Positions 40,316 through 54,529 of a stretch of 64,000 nt of DNA are shown here, piece after piece (position 1 is the first letter of the stretch; each line of letters opens with the position of its first letter). The translations under genes were made by a program, and so were the position numbers. The notes beneath the pieces were generated by a model that saw only the letters and a list, made by a program, of their open reading frames with translations, did not search any database and was not told where the DNA came from. Origin of the DNA: Adineta vaga (Eukaryota; Animalia; Rotifera); assembly GCA_021613535.1 (NCBI GenBank), contig CP075494.1, positions 5,208,001 through 5,272,000 of the forward strand, given 5' to 3'.

Positions 40316-41824
40316 ATGGCAGTCTTCTTATTCATCGTTGTTTTTATTCTGATACTTGTTGCTAGTTATATTTATTTAAAACGGCAATTTAGTCAAGAAA
40401 ATAATGGTTTACCAGATACTAAACCTCAAATACTCTTGGGTAATCTATTGAATTCAGGTGTTTTAACTGGTAGAAGAACATTTCATGAAATAATGCATGC
40501 TTATCAGAAAGAATATGGTGATAAGTTTGTTTATTGGTTTGGTTCACAACCTACTGTTGTATTTTGTTTAATTGAACATGCACAAACAATATTTTCTGAT
40601 CGACAGACGTTCGAACAATCGCCTTTATTTCTACCGAATTTCGAATTAATTGCTCCGCATGGCATTGTAACATTATCTGGCGCTAAATGGAAGCGACATG
40701 TTCGAGTTATGTTACCAATGTTTAAACGAGCGAAAGTTATACAACATTTAGATATCATTAGCGAATGTGCGGATCGTTTTATTGATCAATATTTAATTCC
40801 AGATCAGATTCATACAGATCTTGTACGTCAATGTCAAACTGTAACAATGAATGTTATTGGATTTATTGCGTTTGATTATGATTTGGACAGTCAAGTGAAT
40901 GTGAAATCAAAAACTATGTTTTATGATATCATTACGTCTGCTGTAACAGTTATGTATCTTGCATGGTTACCGAAATCGTTTAGTAAATTATATTTAAAAT
41001 TTAATTGGAAATATCAAAAGGCCCATCGTCTTCTCCGAGAATTGATGGAGAAAATTGTTGAACAGGAACAAAATAATCAAAATACAGCTGTTGAATATGA
41101 ACGACCGAAAAATTTAATTTCATCATTAGTTTCTTCTTTGAATGAACAAGCTAATGATGAACAAATATCATCGGGTATAACACGAGCAGAAATGTTCGAT
41201 GAAGTATTAACAGCATTAATAGCAGGTTTTGAAACGACATCAACAGCTTTAGCATGGTGTTTATTCTACCTGAGTAAAAATCCTCATGTGCAACAACGAA
41301 TGAAAGAAGAACTTTATGAAAATAATCTTTTGGTTACCGATGATATTCAAACTTTACCTTCATTAACAAAAGAAAAACTTGATGGATTAACTTATTGTGA
41401 ATGTGTTATCAAAGAGGTTTTTCGTTTGGCTCCCGTTGCTGGTATTACGACACGTATTGCTCTACGGGATACTGTCGTTGATAATGTACCTATCCGTCGT
41501 GGTCAAACAATAATGATTGGTATGCATAATATCAATACAGATTCGCGTTATTGGCATCATGCTGATCCAATGAAGTTTATACCTGAACGATTTTTAAATG
41601 AAGATAAAAACCATCATCAGTATGCATTGTTACCATTTGGTGGTGGCCATCGAGCTTGTCTTGGACAAGATTTAGCATGGTTAGAATTGAAAATAATTAT
41701 TGTTCGAATAATGCAACGTGGTGTAATATTAGAAGACACGCCGAAGAATACCGGTGGTTATGAAGAAAGATTAACATGTTTTCCGAAGAATACGGCTATA
41801 CGAGTGCGCATCAATCGTTCTTAA
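40316..41824 (+). CDS. Cytochrome P450, intronless
   Basis: N-terminal anchor, WKRHVR, AGFETT (I helix), EVFR (ExxR), PERF, heme motif FGGGHRACLG. Confidence 0.95.
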   Translation: MAVFLFIVVFILILVASYIYLKRQFSQENNGLPDTKPQILLGNLLNSGVLTGRRTFHEIMHAYQKEYGDKFVYWFGSQPTVVFCLIEHAQTIFSDRQTFEQSPLFLPNFELIAPHGIVTLSGAKWKRHVRVMLPMFKRAKVIQHLDIISECADRFIDQYLIPDQIHTDLVRQCQTVTMNVIGFIAFDYDLDSQVNVKSKTMFYDIITSAVTVMYLAWLPKSFSKLYLKFNWKYQKAHRLLRELMEKIVEQEQNNQNTAVEYERPKNLISSLVSSLNEQANDEQISSGITRAEMFDEVLTALIAGFETTSTALAWCLFYLSKNPHVQQRMKEELYENNLLVTDDIQTLPSLTKEKLDGLTYCECVIKEVFRLAPVAGITTRIALRDTVVDNVPIRRGQTIMIGMHNINTDSRYWHHADPMKFIPERFLNEDKNHHQYALLPFGGGHRACLGQDLAWLELKIIIVRIMQRGVILEDTPKNTGGYEERLTCFPKNTAIRVRINRS

Positions 41825-42241
41825 TTGGTTTATTTACAAATAGATATTTGCTTATTTAGTTTAACACATTCTTTTTTCTTTTCATGCCATTGTTTGACAA
41901 TGAAACAGTGTGAATATGTTAAATGACCTTAAATAATTCTAATAATAAATAGATTTTATTTCTTTACTCTGTGGTGTATCTAAATAATATAACAAAATAT
42001 ACTATGGAAAATACCATACAATTTTTTATCTCAAAGATAAGCATAGATATGATGATATTATTAATTCTGTATACAAGCTCTCATCCAGTCATTCTTTACA
42101 TTTTGCTTATCTTGTGAGTAAGAGAAAAAACCCAAAAGCAATAAAAATGAATAAAGGGAAAGAAACGTAGAACGACTATTTAAATTATTGTAAAAGGTAC
42201 GACAGATGCTAAGTATTGAAAAAAAACATTCGATAACTTTC

Positions 42242-44539
42242 ATGGCATCAAAACTAAGTAAGTTGCTATCTTTTCTGACAGTAAAAGGAGTTAGAAACTT
42301 TTAGTTACGAAAAAAATGTTAATCAATTTTCTTCAATAGCAGATTCGAATAGATCTCAGTATTAATCAGGAGTCAAAAAAGAAATATTCTCATAAAACAT
42401 ATTTTTAGTTTAAAAGTAGTCGTAAGAATGTGTGTGTAATCAGCCTATCACATTCACATACGGTTTCAGTTTTAAAACACTTGAATTTTGCAATAATTTC
42501 TTAGCAACTGTTGATTGATGTGTTTTCGTTCAATTGACAAGGTATTGTCAAAAGCATAGATATGGATATATGACAAATATGAAACTAAAACATACTACTC
42601 AGAGACTAATTAGCTTCTGTTGTGTTTTTTATGATGACTATCTATATGTTTGTTTATAAAATCATCTCTTTTAAGGCAAACCAAGTGAAAGATTCAACTA
42701 TTTTAAATCATACATTCTGATATGGTTCGGTGATAACGTCAGCAGCATCAAAACTGATACTGAAACTGAAGAAAAACTACAATCCATCATAAACGATCAA
42801 CAAACATTTCATAATATCGATGACTGTCGAAAATTCATTGAGAACACAACGGATAAACGATTCATAATCATTAGTGACAATGAGTTAGGCGTAGAGCTTA
42901 TACCACTTGTGAAACAATTGCATCAAATTAGTGCTGTTTATATTTGTTCGACGGGCAATGCTCCTGTTATGGAGCAGTCTGAAATGAAGCAGCATGTGAG
43001 TAAAATTCGTTTATGGAAGCTGGAGTTGGTATATTTGATTATAAATGACATTCTTTGTATTTATAGGCAAAGCTGATTATGGTATCAATAGGTAATTTAG
43101 TTGAAAAAATAACCGCTGATCATCGGCGACGAAAAAGATTTCAGAATACATTATTGTCTTACAGTATTGCTGATGAAAAACAATTTGACAATGTTACAAA
43201 TACACAAAATTTCTCGTTCATGGTATTGGAACTGATGATGGACGTTATTATGCTAACAGATCACAATGGAGATAAAAATAAACTCATCGAAATATGTAAA
43301 GCCAAATATAATGGAGATCATACCGAACAGACACGCATTGATCAATTTGGACTTACTTATACTCCAGAAACATCTATTGAATGGTATACAAAAGATTGTT
43401 TTGTTTATAGAATTGTGAATGAAGCACTACGCTTACAAGATATCGATGTTTTAGTCGCATGTCGTTTTCTAATTAAAGATATTTATGATCAACTATCAGT
43501 GCTTCAACAAAAGCAAAATATTAGTAATATGCAGGTTTATCGTGGTCAAATTATACCGCGTACGCATTTGGAAAAGATAAAATGCAATCATGGAGAAATA
43601 ATATCTTTTCATAGCTTTTTATCGACGACAACCTCTTGTTCAATAGCAAAGGACTTCATTCCAACCTCAACAACCAGCTCCGATTTAGTAAACGTTTTGT
43701 TCGAAATCGAGTGTGATCAGCACTCGTCCTACTTGACATCACAAAAACCATTTGCTGCCGTTAGTGCACTAAGTTTGATGTCTTGGGAATCTGAAGTTTT
43801 GTTCGCACCTGGTTCACGTTTTCAAATTGGTGAAACTCTTGATTATCCAGAGATGGATCTACATTTTATAAAACTACGACCGATTCTTGATCTACCGAAG
43901 TCATTCCTGAACGATGATCGATTGAAGAACTTATTCAATCAATTGACAAAATCTGAAGAACACGAAAAAACATATAGCAATTTGATAAAGAGACTATCTG
44001 ACAAGGAGTCAGAAGCTATGGTTTACATTACAGCTGGTAATGGAGCTAAAGAACAAAAACAATTCGATCTAGCTTTAACGTATCTTGATAAAGCTTTATC
44101 AATTCATCGTTCGATTCAACCCCGTAATAAAAAACTAATCGATCTGATCCAAGCTTATATATATTCGGTGTACCGGCAAAAGGATGTTTTTCAACAACCA
44201 GATACGGTTTTGCAACATTTCCTTCATCTTCGGAATTCAAAACATCCATGGATTCCTGACGAATCATTAAGTGATACCATTTCGATTTCAAAGGCTTATG
44301 ATGACTTATTACGACGTGAACGATATTATGCTGCATCTAATATTAGATCCGCTACGCAAAGTCAAACATACGGTTGTATAACAGGCATGAAGTTCTATAA
44401 AGATGAACTTGATGTTGCTATATTGCATTTGCAGAAAAAACTGTCAATCTACGCAAAATCTGGAGTGGAAAACCCGACTGTATATCATCGTATAGTAACA
44501 CACCTGAATGAACTAATATCTATAAGAGACAGACTCTAA
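42242..44539 (+). CDS. ADP-ribosyltransferase (R-S-E clade) domain protein with C-terminal TPR, 3 exons
   Basis: WYTKDCFVYRIVNEALR, VYRGQ, FLSTT, VLFEIEC, ESEVLF, then TPR-like helices. Exons about 42242-42257, 42677-42995 and 43067-44539 are phase compatible; the first exon is less certain. Confidence 0.82.
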
Positions 44540-45147
44540 AGAATACTTTTAAAATTTGATTTAAAAAATGTAACTAATTAACGATTATTACTATGAAAAA
44601 AACACGATGAATTTATAGTACAATAGACGTTAGTATGATTATCTAAGACAATAATTTTTAAACTATACAATCATGTAGAATGATAAGTTAACAATAATAT
44701 GCCGTTTAAAATGTTTCCTTGCAATTCGGTTACTATTATGTATGTGTATCTTCGACTCAATAAAAGAACGAAAAAGAGATGTCGAGCATGACGCGTAGAA
44801 AGAAAAGAAACAACGTGTGAGTTTTTACGTCATTTGTTCTTTTTCTCAGTTTCGCTTCATTGTTTCACTCGAATAATTGTCTAGTGTAAAACGGTTAAAT
44901 ACATCTGGGATTGATAAGATTGTTCATAGGATATGTAAGAATATTTACATATGATTAATTTTTTTCATTTTTTGTAAACATAAACAAAGGGAAAAGAATT
45001 TTCTCTCTCCTACAGGTATATGATCATAAAAAAATATAATTTCGTTAAGAAGTAGAGAAAAACACGACACAATATCCATCTGTACGATATACGTGAAGGT
45101 TAATAATGTGTACTTTATTTATATTTGAAATTTAAGTTTCAGATTAA

Positions 45148-48100
45148 ATGTCTTCCATAAATCTCAACACGATCGAATGTTATTTATCTTGTCAAGAACA
45201 AAAACTCGTTTCGGACGGAAACTATCATGCAGTCGCTATAATCAACAGTTTAAATGAACAAGCGAATAAATAACATGAAAAGTCCAATGCATTCATAAAT
45301 CATAATAGTTCACCTACAGCATATAATCTTGCTGACTGTGAAGATTTTTGTTTAATCAAGAATTGTAATGGATTTCGTATAGATTATGGTCTATGTTCTC
45401 GACATTTGATAGAATTGAATAGCCTAGATACATTAATGGAATCTCAGTCAGTGAATTGTTCAACAATACTAGTGACGAATGATAAAATCACCAGCTACAT
45501 CCGAACTGAGGCAAGCGATGTCGATAGATTTGATTATGGTAAGTGTTCTTATCCATTCAAACTTGTTGGGATAAACAAATTCACATGATTTATCTAATAT
45601 CAGAAAATATGGAAATAGAAACATTTCCAAGTGTACAAAATATTGAAGAATCTGCACTTCATAATCAACCAACTTTATTGCAGAATGGTATTGATCCTCC
45701 TAAATTGTTTGAAGATATTGCTTCAATAAGTAACTAATTTTCAAAACAATATCATAATAGTACTTCAAAAACTCCTTTTCTAGATCAAGATATTAGTATC
45801 AATAGATGTGTATATCGTTTATCAACAACTGATCATAATCAATGTACAGATAATGTTCTCACCATATGTTCACATTGTTTCTCATCGTTTTGTAACGAAC
45901 ATCAATCATTACATCATCAAGATATAAAAGAAGAAATCTTCTATTTAATCGATGAAGCAAATGTTTGTAAAAGTCGCTTGTACAGCTATATTGAATACAT
46001 TATTGATTTATCGTTCATTTACTTTAGGATCTCATAAGTGAAATACCTTCATTGACTATTGAAAGTGGAAAGAAGGATTGTATTGAACAATTCAAACAAT
46101 GGATAGAAATGATTTCGAATGAAATCAAAGAGAAATGTAGACAGTTTCAAAAACAACTTCATCATCTTCATAATTACATTGAAAAGAATACTAATCATTG
46201 GAAAGAAACGTTAACAACTCGAATGGAAACAAATGTTATTTCAGTTTTGACGAAACAATTAGAAGCTGTTGAAATTGATGGATTAGAATTGAACAAAGCA
46301 AAAGAAGAACTTGTTCGTATGCAAAAACTTTGTGATTTACTTCAAAATCAAACATTAATAGCTCTATCCGATATCGATGATACTGAAATGAGTTTTGAAG
46401 CACCACGTTTAAGATTTCCAAGTATTACTGTAGATGGATGGAGTTGGTTTGATCAAGTTTCTTCCTTACAAAAGAATTCGGATATTCAAGAATATTTAAG
46501 ACAACAGAAGATTTCCATTCAAGAGAAAACAAACAAGAAAAAATCGACTGGTGAATACCTACACTTTGATCTAAGACACACGCCAATTTATGACTGATTT
46601 AGATTCGAATATGTTTGTCGTACAACCTTCGAGCTCAATAGAATATGAGAAGCAATTGATCGATTACTATAATACTTCTACTCCAGTAGAACAAAGATCT
46701 ACTCATTTAAATGAAAAAACGAAAAAACAGGTTGAATTAACTTCTTCAATTAAGTTCACATACTCTTTCTTCTTCCTCGTCTTTGTAGAAACATACATTA
46801 CCATCTGTATTATCAAATGAAAAAACACATCAGTAATACTCTTATTTCTTCCACGTATGTCAATTGCCTATCCACTTGTTTTTAGTTTACACAATTCAGT
46901 AGAAAACATAAGAACAAATAGTAAGTCAATGCACAACTAGTTCAATGCTATCAGTCTCTATCTGTTAGACAGAGAGTCAACATCTGCAACAACAATATTA
47001 TTGGATAGCATCAATGCTGTAACTGAAAAAATGACAAAAGGCGAAGAGTTGAACTTGAAGTTGGGTGATTTAACTTGTCAAGATATGAATCATGTCGTTC
47101 ATCGTGTAATAAACGATACCATGGTAAGATAATTATTGGTTAAACATGAGCGATAATTTTATTTTCAATATAGAAACCAACTGTTTTGAATCTTTATGGA
47201 AATAAAATCGAAGATCTTGGAGCACGTCATTTGAACATTGCATTACTACTGAGCAATGTAAGACACCTTAATTTTTAGATTAATAATTTTTCATACTATT
47301 ATAGACACTTACTACTCTTAATCTTCAAAAAAATTTCATTACAGATGTAGGAATTCACTATCTAAGTAGTGGTTTACAATGGAATAATGTAATGATTATA
47401 TTTTCGTTAAATATTTTTATAATTATCTTCATTTTGTAATCCATAGACATTACTCGTACTTTCTCTCGCTCAAAATAGAATTAGCCATATTGGAATGCAT
47501 AGTCTTAGTAATGCATTAAAAATCAACACAGTAAGATAGATAATGAAGTAGTTAATTAATATTTGCTTCATTCGGTAGACATTGCTATCATTAGACTTAG
47601 CAAGTAATCGAATTGAAAATGAAGGAGCAAAGCATCTTCTTGATACATTAAAAGTTAATTCTGTAAGAATAATAGATTGTTCTTTTCTTTTTTTTTTATA
47701 TAATTAACTTCGTAAGTTTGATTTATTCTATTATTTAGACATTGACTTCGCTCGATATATCTCATAATGAAATTGAAGATGAAGGAATGCAACATATCAG
47801 CATTATGTTACAAGTAAATGAAGTAAGAAAGTGATCTTCAGTTTAACACGTCCTAAAGGAGCATTTCTTCTTGTTTCTTTTGTTCGGATTAGTCACTCAC
47901 AATGCTCAGTTTATCTCATAATAAATTTACAGTTCAAGGAGCTCTATATCTAGGTGATGCATTAAAAATTAATACGGTAAATGGACTTGATTTTCGATTA
48001 TTTGAAATAACATATTGATTCTAGAAGCTTTCAACTCTTAACATCGCTCAAAATCGAATAGGAATGATCGGAACACAATATCTCGTTGAAATATTGCGAT

Positions 48101-48218
48101 CAAGTATGGTATGAATAATATTTTCGTTCATTTGATCTCATATTGATACTTTCTATTTCGAACATAGACTCTCAGAACATTGGTTAGTCGTGGAAATGAA
48201 TGTATGAAAAAAAACTAA
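45148..48218 (+). pseudogene. Zn-finger/B-box-like + coiled coil + RI-type LRR gene with one premature stop (null allele or young pseudogene)
   Basis: In-frame TAA at 45271-45273. Motifs CLIKNC...GLCSRH and CSHCFSSFCNEHQSLH, a coiled-coil exon at about 46029-46550, then about eight 28-codon LRR exons (e.g. TLLSLDLASNRIENEGAKHLLDTLKVNS). Confidence 0.7.
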
Positions 48219-49225
48219 AATCGAAAAGGACTGACTGATTGAATATAACTCGTAATTAAATTAAAGATCAAGGTTCACATCGTGTCATTGTTATGTTAAG
48301 CATAAATAACTTGAAAGAACAATTCTTCCGATCTGATTTTACCTTTTCTTTAAAGATATTAATTACACTTAACTTAACTCACAATAAACTGATTTAGAAA
48401 GAAGATTAATGTCTGAGTAATGTGATGTGTTGAACATCAACGCTCTCGACTCGTAATACGTGTTACAGAATCAGATTGTTAAGTTTCTTTGTTGTTCAAT
48501 GATATCATGCTGATCTTTTCTTTTGGAAACAGACTCCCGAAATAGTAATCTACTCTATGAATAAAACTACCCAAAAGTGATTTACAATACTGTTCAAGTG
48601 TCTGTTTAAATTCAACGATTGCTTCTATTATCATACTATTTGTATTCAAAATATAATACCTTGAATTTAATATGCAAATCAATGGTTGAGAACGCACTAA
48701 TATAAGTTACTTGAATATCATAGTATACATTGTCAAGGTATTGTTACGTCATGACTGTTGTTCTAGCATACCAAGCAGACACTATTACATATCGTTGGTT
48801 GATAATTATTGTATGACGAGAACATTGTACGCATACAATGACATATTAAATGTTACTATTGGCATTTTTTTTCTTTCTTCTCGTTTTTTTCTCCATTCTG
48901 TTTTAAGTCTATGCCAATTTTCTTTTACTTTTACTTATATTATATTAGCTTCAATGTCATTACCTTTTTTCCCTTTTTTTAATAAAATATCTTTTTTCAT
49001 TGTGACATTATTTGTCTTTCTAGACTTTTCCCAATAGCATAACTAATATTCAGACTTGACTTTGCTTGTCACAGAAAACTTACAAATTGTTGTACTTGTC
49101 ATCTGTATACATGTGTTTCTTAATCATTTTACATGAGAATTTTCTTTTCTTTTCCTAATAAAGAATGATGCTTACATTTTCAGATGTATTAATATCTATT
49201 AGTTTATAAAACGTAACAACCAACC

Positions 49226-52200
49226 ATGGCGAAAGAAATTGCCCAGCAAATGCTTCATTTAGAAGAGGTATGTTTCATGAATAAACAAAAATCATAACAA
49301 CTATATTTTATTTTGCAGACAATTCGTCGATTGAACATTTGTCAATCGGATGAAAATTCGTATGTTAATTTTTCAACTTGTAATGAAAATTTATTCTAGA
49401 ACATTTTCTTTCCTTTTAGAAACATAACGAAACAATATGGTTACATCAAATTTGATCATCATGAATTTGATTCAACGACTCGCCTGTCACAATACATTAG
49501 ATTAGCATTACATACAAATGCAACTCGAGTCGTGGAATTTATGCAACATGGATGGCGTTTACCAACACCCGATTTGATAATTTCAGTGACTGGTGGTGGT
49601 AGACAGTGTCATATATCTGCACATCTTCGAAAAACATTTCAACGTGGTTTAGTTGCTGCTGCTGCAACTACAAGTAAAAGAACGACCTACTTAATATATA
49701 TATAATTTCTTTTCTCTATAATAGATGCATGGCTAATTACATCAGGAACAAATGTTGGTGTCGTAAAGGAAGTAGGTGAAGCACTTAATAATTATCGTTA
49801 TAGAAATCGTAAACATGGTCTTGATGTGCCATGTATTGGAATTTGTACATGGGAATATACAGCTGGAAATGAACAACTTGAAAGCATGCGAATAGAATCT
49901 CAATTGAGTAATGATTCTAGTATGAATAGATCGACTATTTCACCAAAAATAAATCGTCGATCACGAACAGAATCAATGCAAATGGTAAGAATGGACTTTA
50001 AAGATGATCAACTATCTTTTCTATACATCATCAATAGGAAATAGTCGAACAGAAATATGTTCGTTCATATGTTGTCGAACGATCAGAAGTAAAACGATGT
50101 GATTTAGAACCAAATCATACTCATTTTCTAGTATTCGATGGTGAATCAACCGATAATGATTCTGTTCTTTTACAACGTGCTCGTATTGAACAATATTCAC
50201 GTCAATTAGATATTCAAACATCAATTGCAAATGTGTTAATTCCTATTGTTATTCTTTTAGTAGAAGGAGGTTCATTTTCCATTCGAACTATTTGTCAAGC
50301 ATTGCGATTGAATACTCCATTGGTAGTTGTCAAAGTAAATTATATTTAAACTAATACATCTTGATATTCGTTCCATTTTGAAAATAGGGATCTGGTAGAG
50401 CAGCAGATCTTGTTTCTGATTTACATGTTTTTTTCTCTCAAATGGACACGAAAAGAAATCCCTTCTTATCTTCTTCAAGTAAAATTGAACTCGATACTAT
50501 GTATAGACGTTCTTTATTTCTCTATAACAGTATGTGGAAATCTTTTTTGTTTAATAGAATCGATAGACATCGAGGTGCTAATAATGCATGGATTAATGAA
50601 ATAAAAGATGGTTTATGTGAAGTTTTGTATCATCGAAAACATCTCGTCGTAATTTTTGAATTCGATAGTCAACGTCATCATGGTAATTTAGAAGATGCTA
50701 TTCTTGAAGCACTTTTCAATGGTTTGATTTGAATTTATGTTCAAATATATTTATTTTCTCGACTATTTTAGCAACGAAATTTTCCGATGATAATACAAAT
50801 GAACAACAATGTCGAATTGCTGAATTGAAATTAGCAATGGTATTGAAGATATTCTTGAGAAGTTGATATAGAAGTATTTACATTTAGGCATGGCAAAAAT
50901 TTGAATATGCACAAAAACATATTCTAACGGATGCAACGATTACAAAATGGACGGTATGTATATTCTGATTGGATCATATGGAATGTTTTTATATTCATTT
51001 TAATACAGGACAATGATCTCTCTCAAGCTCTTATCGATGCACTTCGTCGAGATTCTTTAGATTTTGTTGAATTACTTATGGACTATGGGACATCATTGGA
51101 AAAGTTAACTATAAACAATCTTGAACAACTCTATGCTTTATCTGATGTTTGTAATCCTCAGAAATCCCTTTCTTTTCTGTTCAATTATCTCTTATAGATC
51201 GAAAGTGGTTTACCATTGGAAAAGAAAGTAAAGAAAAATCCATCGATTAGAAATAATTATTATAGTTGTTATTTTCCTGATCAATCTGATATGTATATTA
51301 TTCAAAATAAAACAGTATTGGACAAGAATCTCCCATTGGGACTAAATGCAGCGCGTGAATTTTTTCTTTGGGCTATTTTTTTCGATCGATTTGAACTCGC
51401 GAAATATCTCTGTTCGAAAACATGGGTGAGTAAACCATAATCATTGGATCTTTATTTTGTCAAACTATTCGATTCAATATTAGAATCAATCAGCTGCTCC
51501 TTTGATCGCCACACGAATCTATCGATTAGCAGCGACACTGGCCATTCATCTTGAAACAAAACAACATTATAAGAACAATGCAAAGTTCGTTTCGAAAATG
51601 GAAAAATAAGTTTGTCGTTATATGAAAAAATACCTTCGTTTTTTTAGTCAATTTGATACTTATGCAATGTCAATTATTGATCGATGTTTCAGTAATGATG
51701 AATATTTTGCTGTTGAACTCTTGAAACAACCTGCACTTGCATTCAATAATGTTGAACCATTAAAATTAGCTGAACAAGCGAAATGTCGAGCATTTCTAGC
51801 GTCCAAATCTGTTCAAAAACATTTGGATCACGAATGGTAACTTTTTTGAATTGTTTTTCATATCGAAATAGAATCATAATTTGTTATATAGGTATGGTCA
51901 TATCAATTACAAACGACCAGCCATTCATTTTCGTGTTAGCTTATCGTTTTCTTAATACATTATTTGATGTCTTTTCTTATTAATAGATTCTTCTTTGTGT
52001 TTTATTTTTTCCCTTACTACCTATCTTTGCGATCTTTTTACCATATGTTCATGAACATCAACAGGTCCGTTGAAATTCTTAGTTTTATTCAATTATCTAC
52101 TATTTATTTATCGATAAAGATCATTCGAAGTCAGAAAAATCATTCCAAAACTAGAAATCCAGTTATGATTCAAACGATTCTTAAGTAAGTGCAAATATCA

Positions 52201-54071
52201 TTTGTTATTTCAATTCTTCTCGATTATATTTCGATTGATATAGATCCGATCGAGATCGAACGGATGAGCAAATATTATGGTCAGAAAAACTGATCTATTT
52301 CTATCAAGCACCTATCGTTCGATTCTGTTATAACGTTGTATGTGTCTTTAATTCTTTAAACTCATCTCATTTCTTATTACTTTACATTCAGATATTCTTC
52401 GTGCTCTTCCTCGGTCTATTTAGTTACGTTCTTCTCATAGATTTCTTACCAGTAAATACCTATCGTAACAAAAAAAAAGTATGTCTATCAACATCCGAAA
52501 TTATTTTACACATTTGTGTATGGACATTAATTATGGAAGAATTGCGTCAAGTAAGAAAAGAAAAGAAACAATTTGGTCTGTTATATTAAAAGGAAAATAA
52601 TCTTCTATTCTCTTTCAGTTTAGTTTAATGAATCATCAAAAATACTTTTCTGATATGTGGAATTTAATTGATATTGTTGCAATTCTTTTATACCTCATAG
52701 CATTTATTACACGATTCATTCATAGTGAAACATTTTTTACTATTTCTAAGTAAGTTCAAGATATTTCCGATCATTGAGTATTCCACATGAATGAAAATAT
52801 TGTTAGAATTTTTCTATGTCTTGATTTAATTGTTTGGTTCGTTGGTACTCTTCATCTCTTTGCTGCTTTTGAACGACTTGGACCAAAATTAGTAATGATT
52901 TTTAACACAGTATGTTTGTTTATCTCTCTTCTTTCTCATCTGATTGTATTCAAAATTCATAGATGAAAGATTTATTCTTCTTTGTTTGTTTTATTCTTAT
53001 CTTCTTATGTGCTTTTTCAATTACATCATGGTCTTTAATAACTTCCGCTTCACAAGTTAAATGGATCTATGATGCTAATGGACAATTACATAATGTCACT
53101 CTTACAATCGATGGAAAGAATTCACGAACATGGAAATTAATAAGAGATATCACTCACTATGGTGTCTGGAAAGTATTTGGACAAGTTGATCCTATTGGTA
53201 TGAATATGACATAGATTTTTAAAATTTCATTGATTGTCTTTATTTTAGATGGAACTGATTCATTTTCAAATATGGCATTTGTTTTAGCGATTATTTTTGT
53301 TGCTATTGCCAATATTCTTCTTCTCAATGTACTCGTTGCTTTATTTAAGTATATAAATCAAACTTGTTCATTCATATTCTTTAATCTTCGTCTACTAGTG
53401 TAACGATTCAAAATGTTCAAGAACAATCACATGATATTTGGCGTTATCAACGTTTTCTAATTGTTAATGAATATTGTCGGAAAACTTTATTACCACCACC
53501 ATTCAATATTATCTACTACATCTTTATTGTCAGTCGATTTCTTCTTAATCGTTTAAAACTCTATCGAAATCGACAACGATTCAGTATGTTATGTTACATT
53601 ACTTTTTGTTTCTTTTCTGTCTATTTCATGTTATTTAGTTGCTAGTGAAGCACTTCTAGGTGATATTAAAACAATCAATCCTATTCTATCACAATCATTT
53701 AAAAGTAAAGTAGTATCGTCGACCGAAAATAGTCTTGATTAAATATTTCTAGTACGTGATTCTATTCGACGAGAACGTGCAATTGCTGAAGATTATTGGC
53801 GACAGATATTCAAACATAATAGAAATGATCAAATGAAACTCATTTTACAGAATATTGAAGAAAAGTAATTAGAAATATATGTTATATCATTACTAAACTT
53901 AATTTATTATTGCAGATTGGATTATCTTACACCACATATAAAAGACAAAAGTGTATTATCCGAGGTAAACGTTATATTTTTGATATCGTACTAATTGTGA
54001 TATATTCAACGTTTGAATAGATCAATTATCATCTATGGAATAGACGACGGCAAATTGAAAGTGATGTTTGA
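49226..54071 (+). CDS. TRPM-family cation channel, many exons, no NUDT9-H or kinase tail
   Basis: PDLIISVTGG, AWLITSGTNVGVVKEVGEAL, LEPNHTHF, LVEGG, GSGRAAD, FLWAI, FYQAPIVRF, LGPKLVMI, LLLNVLVALFN, WRYQRF, LPPPF. Confidence 0.93.
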
Positions 54072-54529
54072 GAATATTGTTTTCAATATAAATGATCAAT
54101 AAATGAAAGGAAAGCGAGAATATAACACAGTATTGCTTTTTCACTTTTTATAATACGGACAAATACGAGAAAGAAGAAAGAATAATCTATACATTTGAAT
54201 TGATAGTATGTTCTTTTGTTAATAAACATGTGCCTCTTCAATCGAACGAAAGAGCGATGATCGTATCGTATTCATCATAACAGATAGAAAAGAATACATA
54301 TATATTTCTATTCTTCGATTATATCATCAATATTGATCATATCAGTGTACTTACAAAAAAAAACCGAAAGAGAAAAAAATTACGGATTAAAATATGCACC
54401 TACACGTCAATGTATTAGTTATTCATATTTGCAAGGTAAGAACTATACACGCTCGAAAGTAAACGACTATATTTTAGATATAATGTTATTAATACAATCT
54501 TCAAAGTGATTAGTGATTGTTCCAACGCA

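Noticed and set aside
48479-49037. Two short ORFs between the LRR gene and TRPM
   Set aside because: Compositionally biased with no motifs; likely intergenic.
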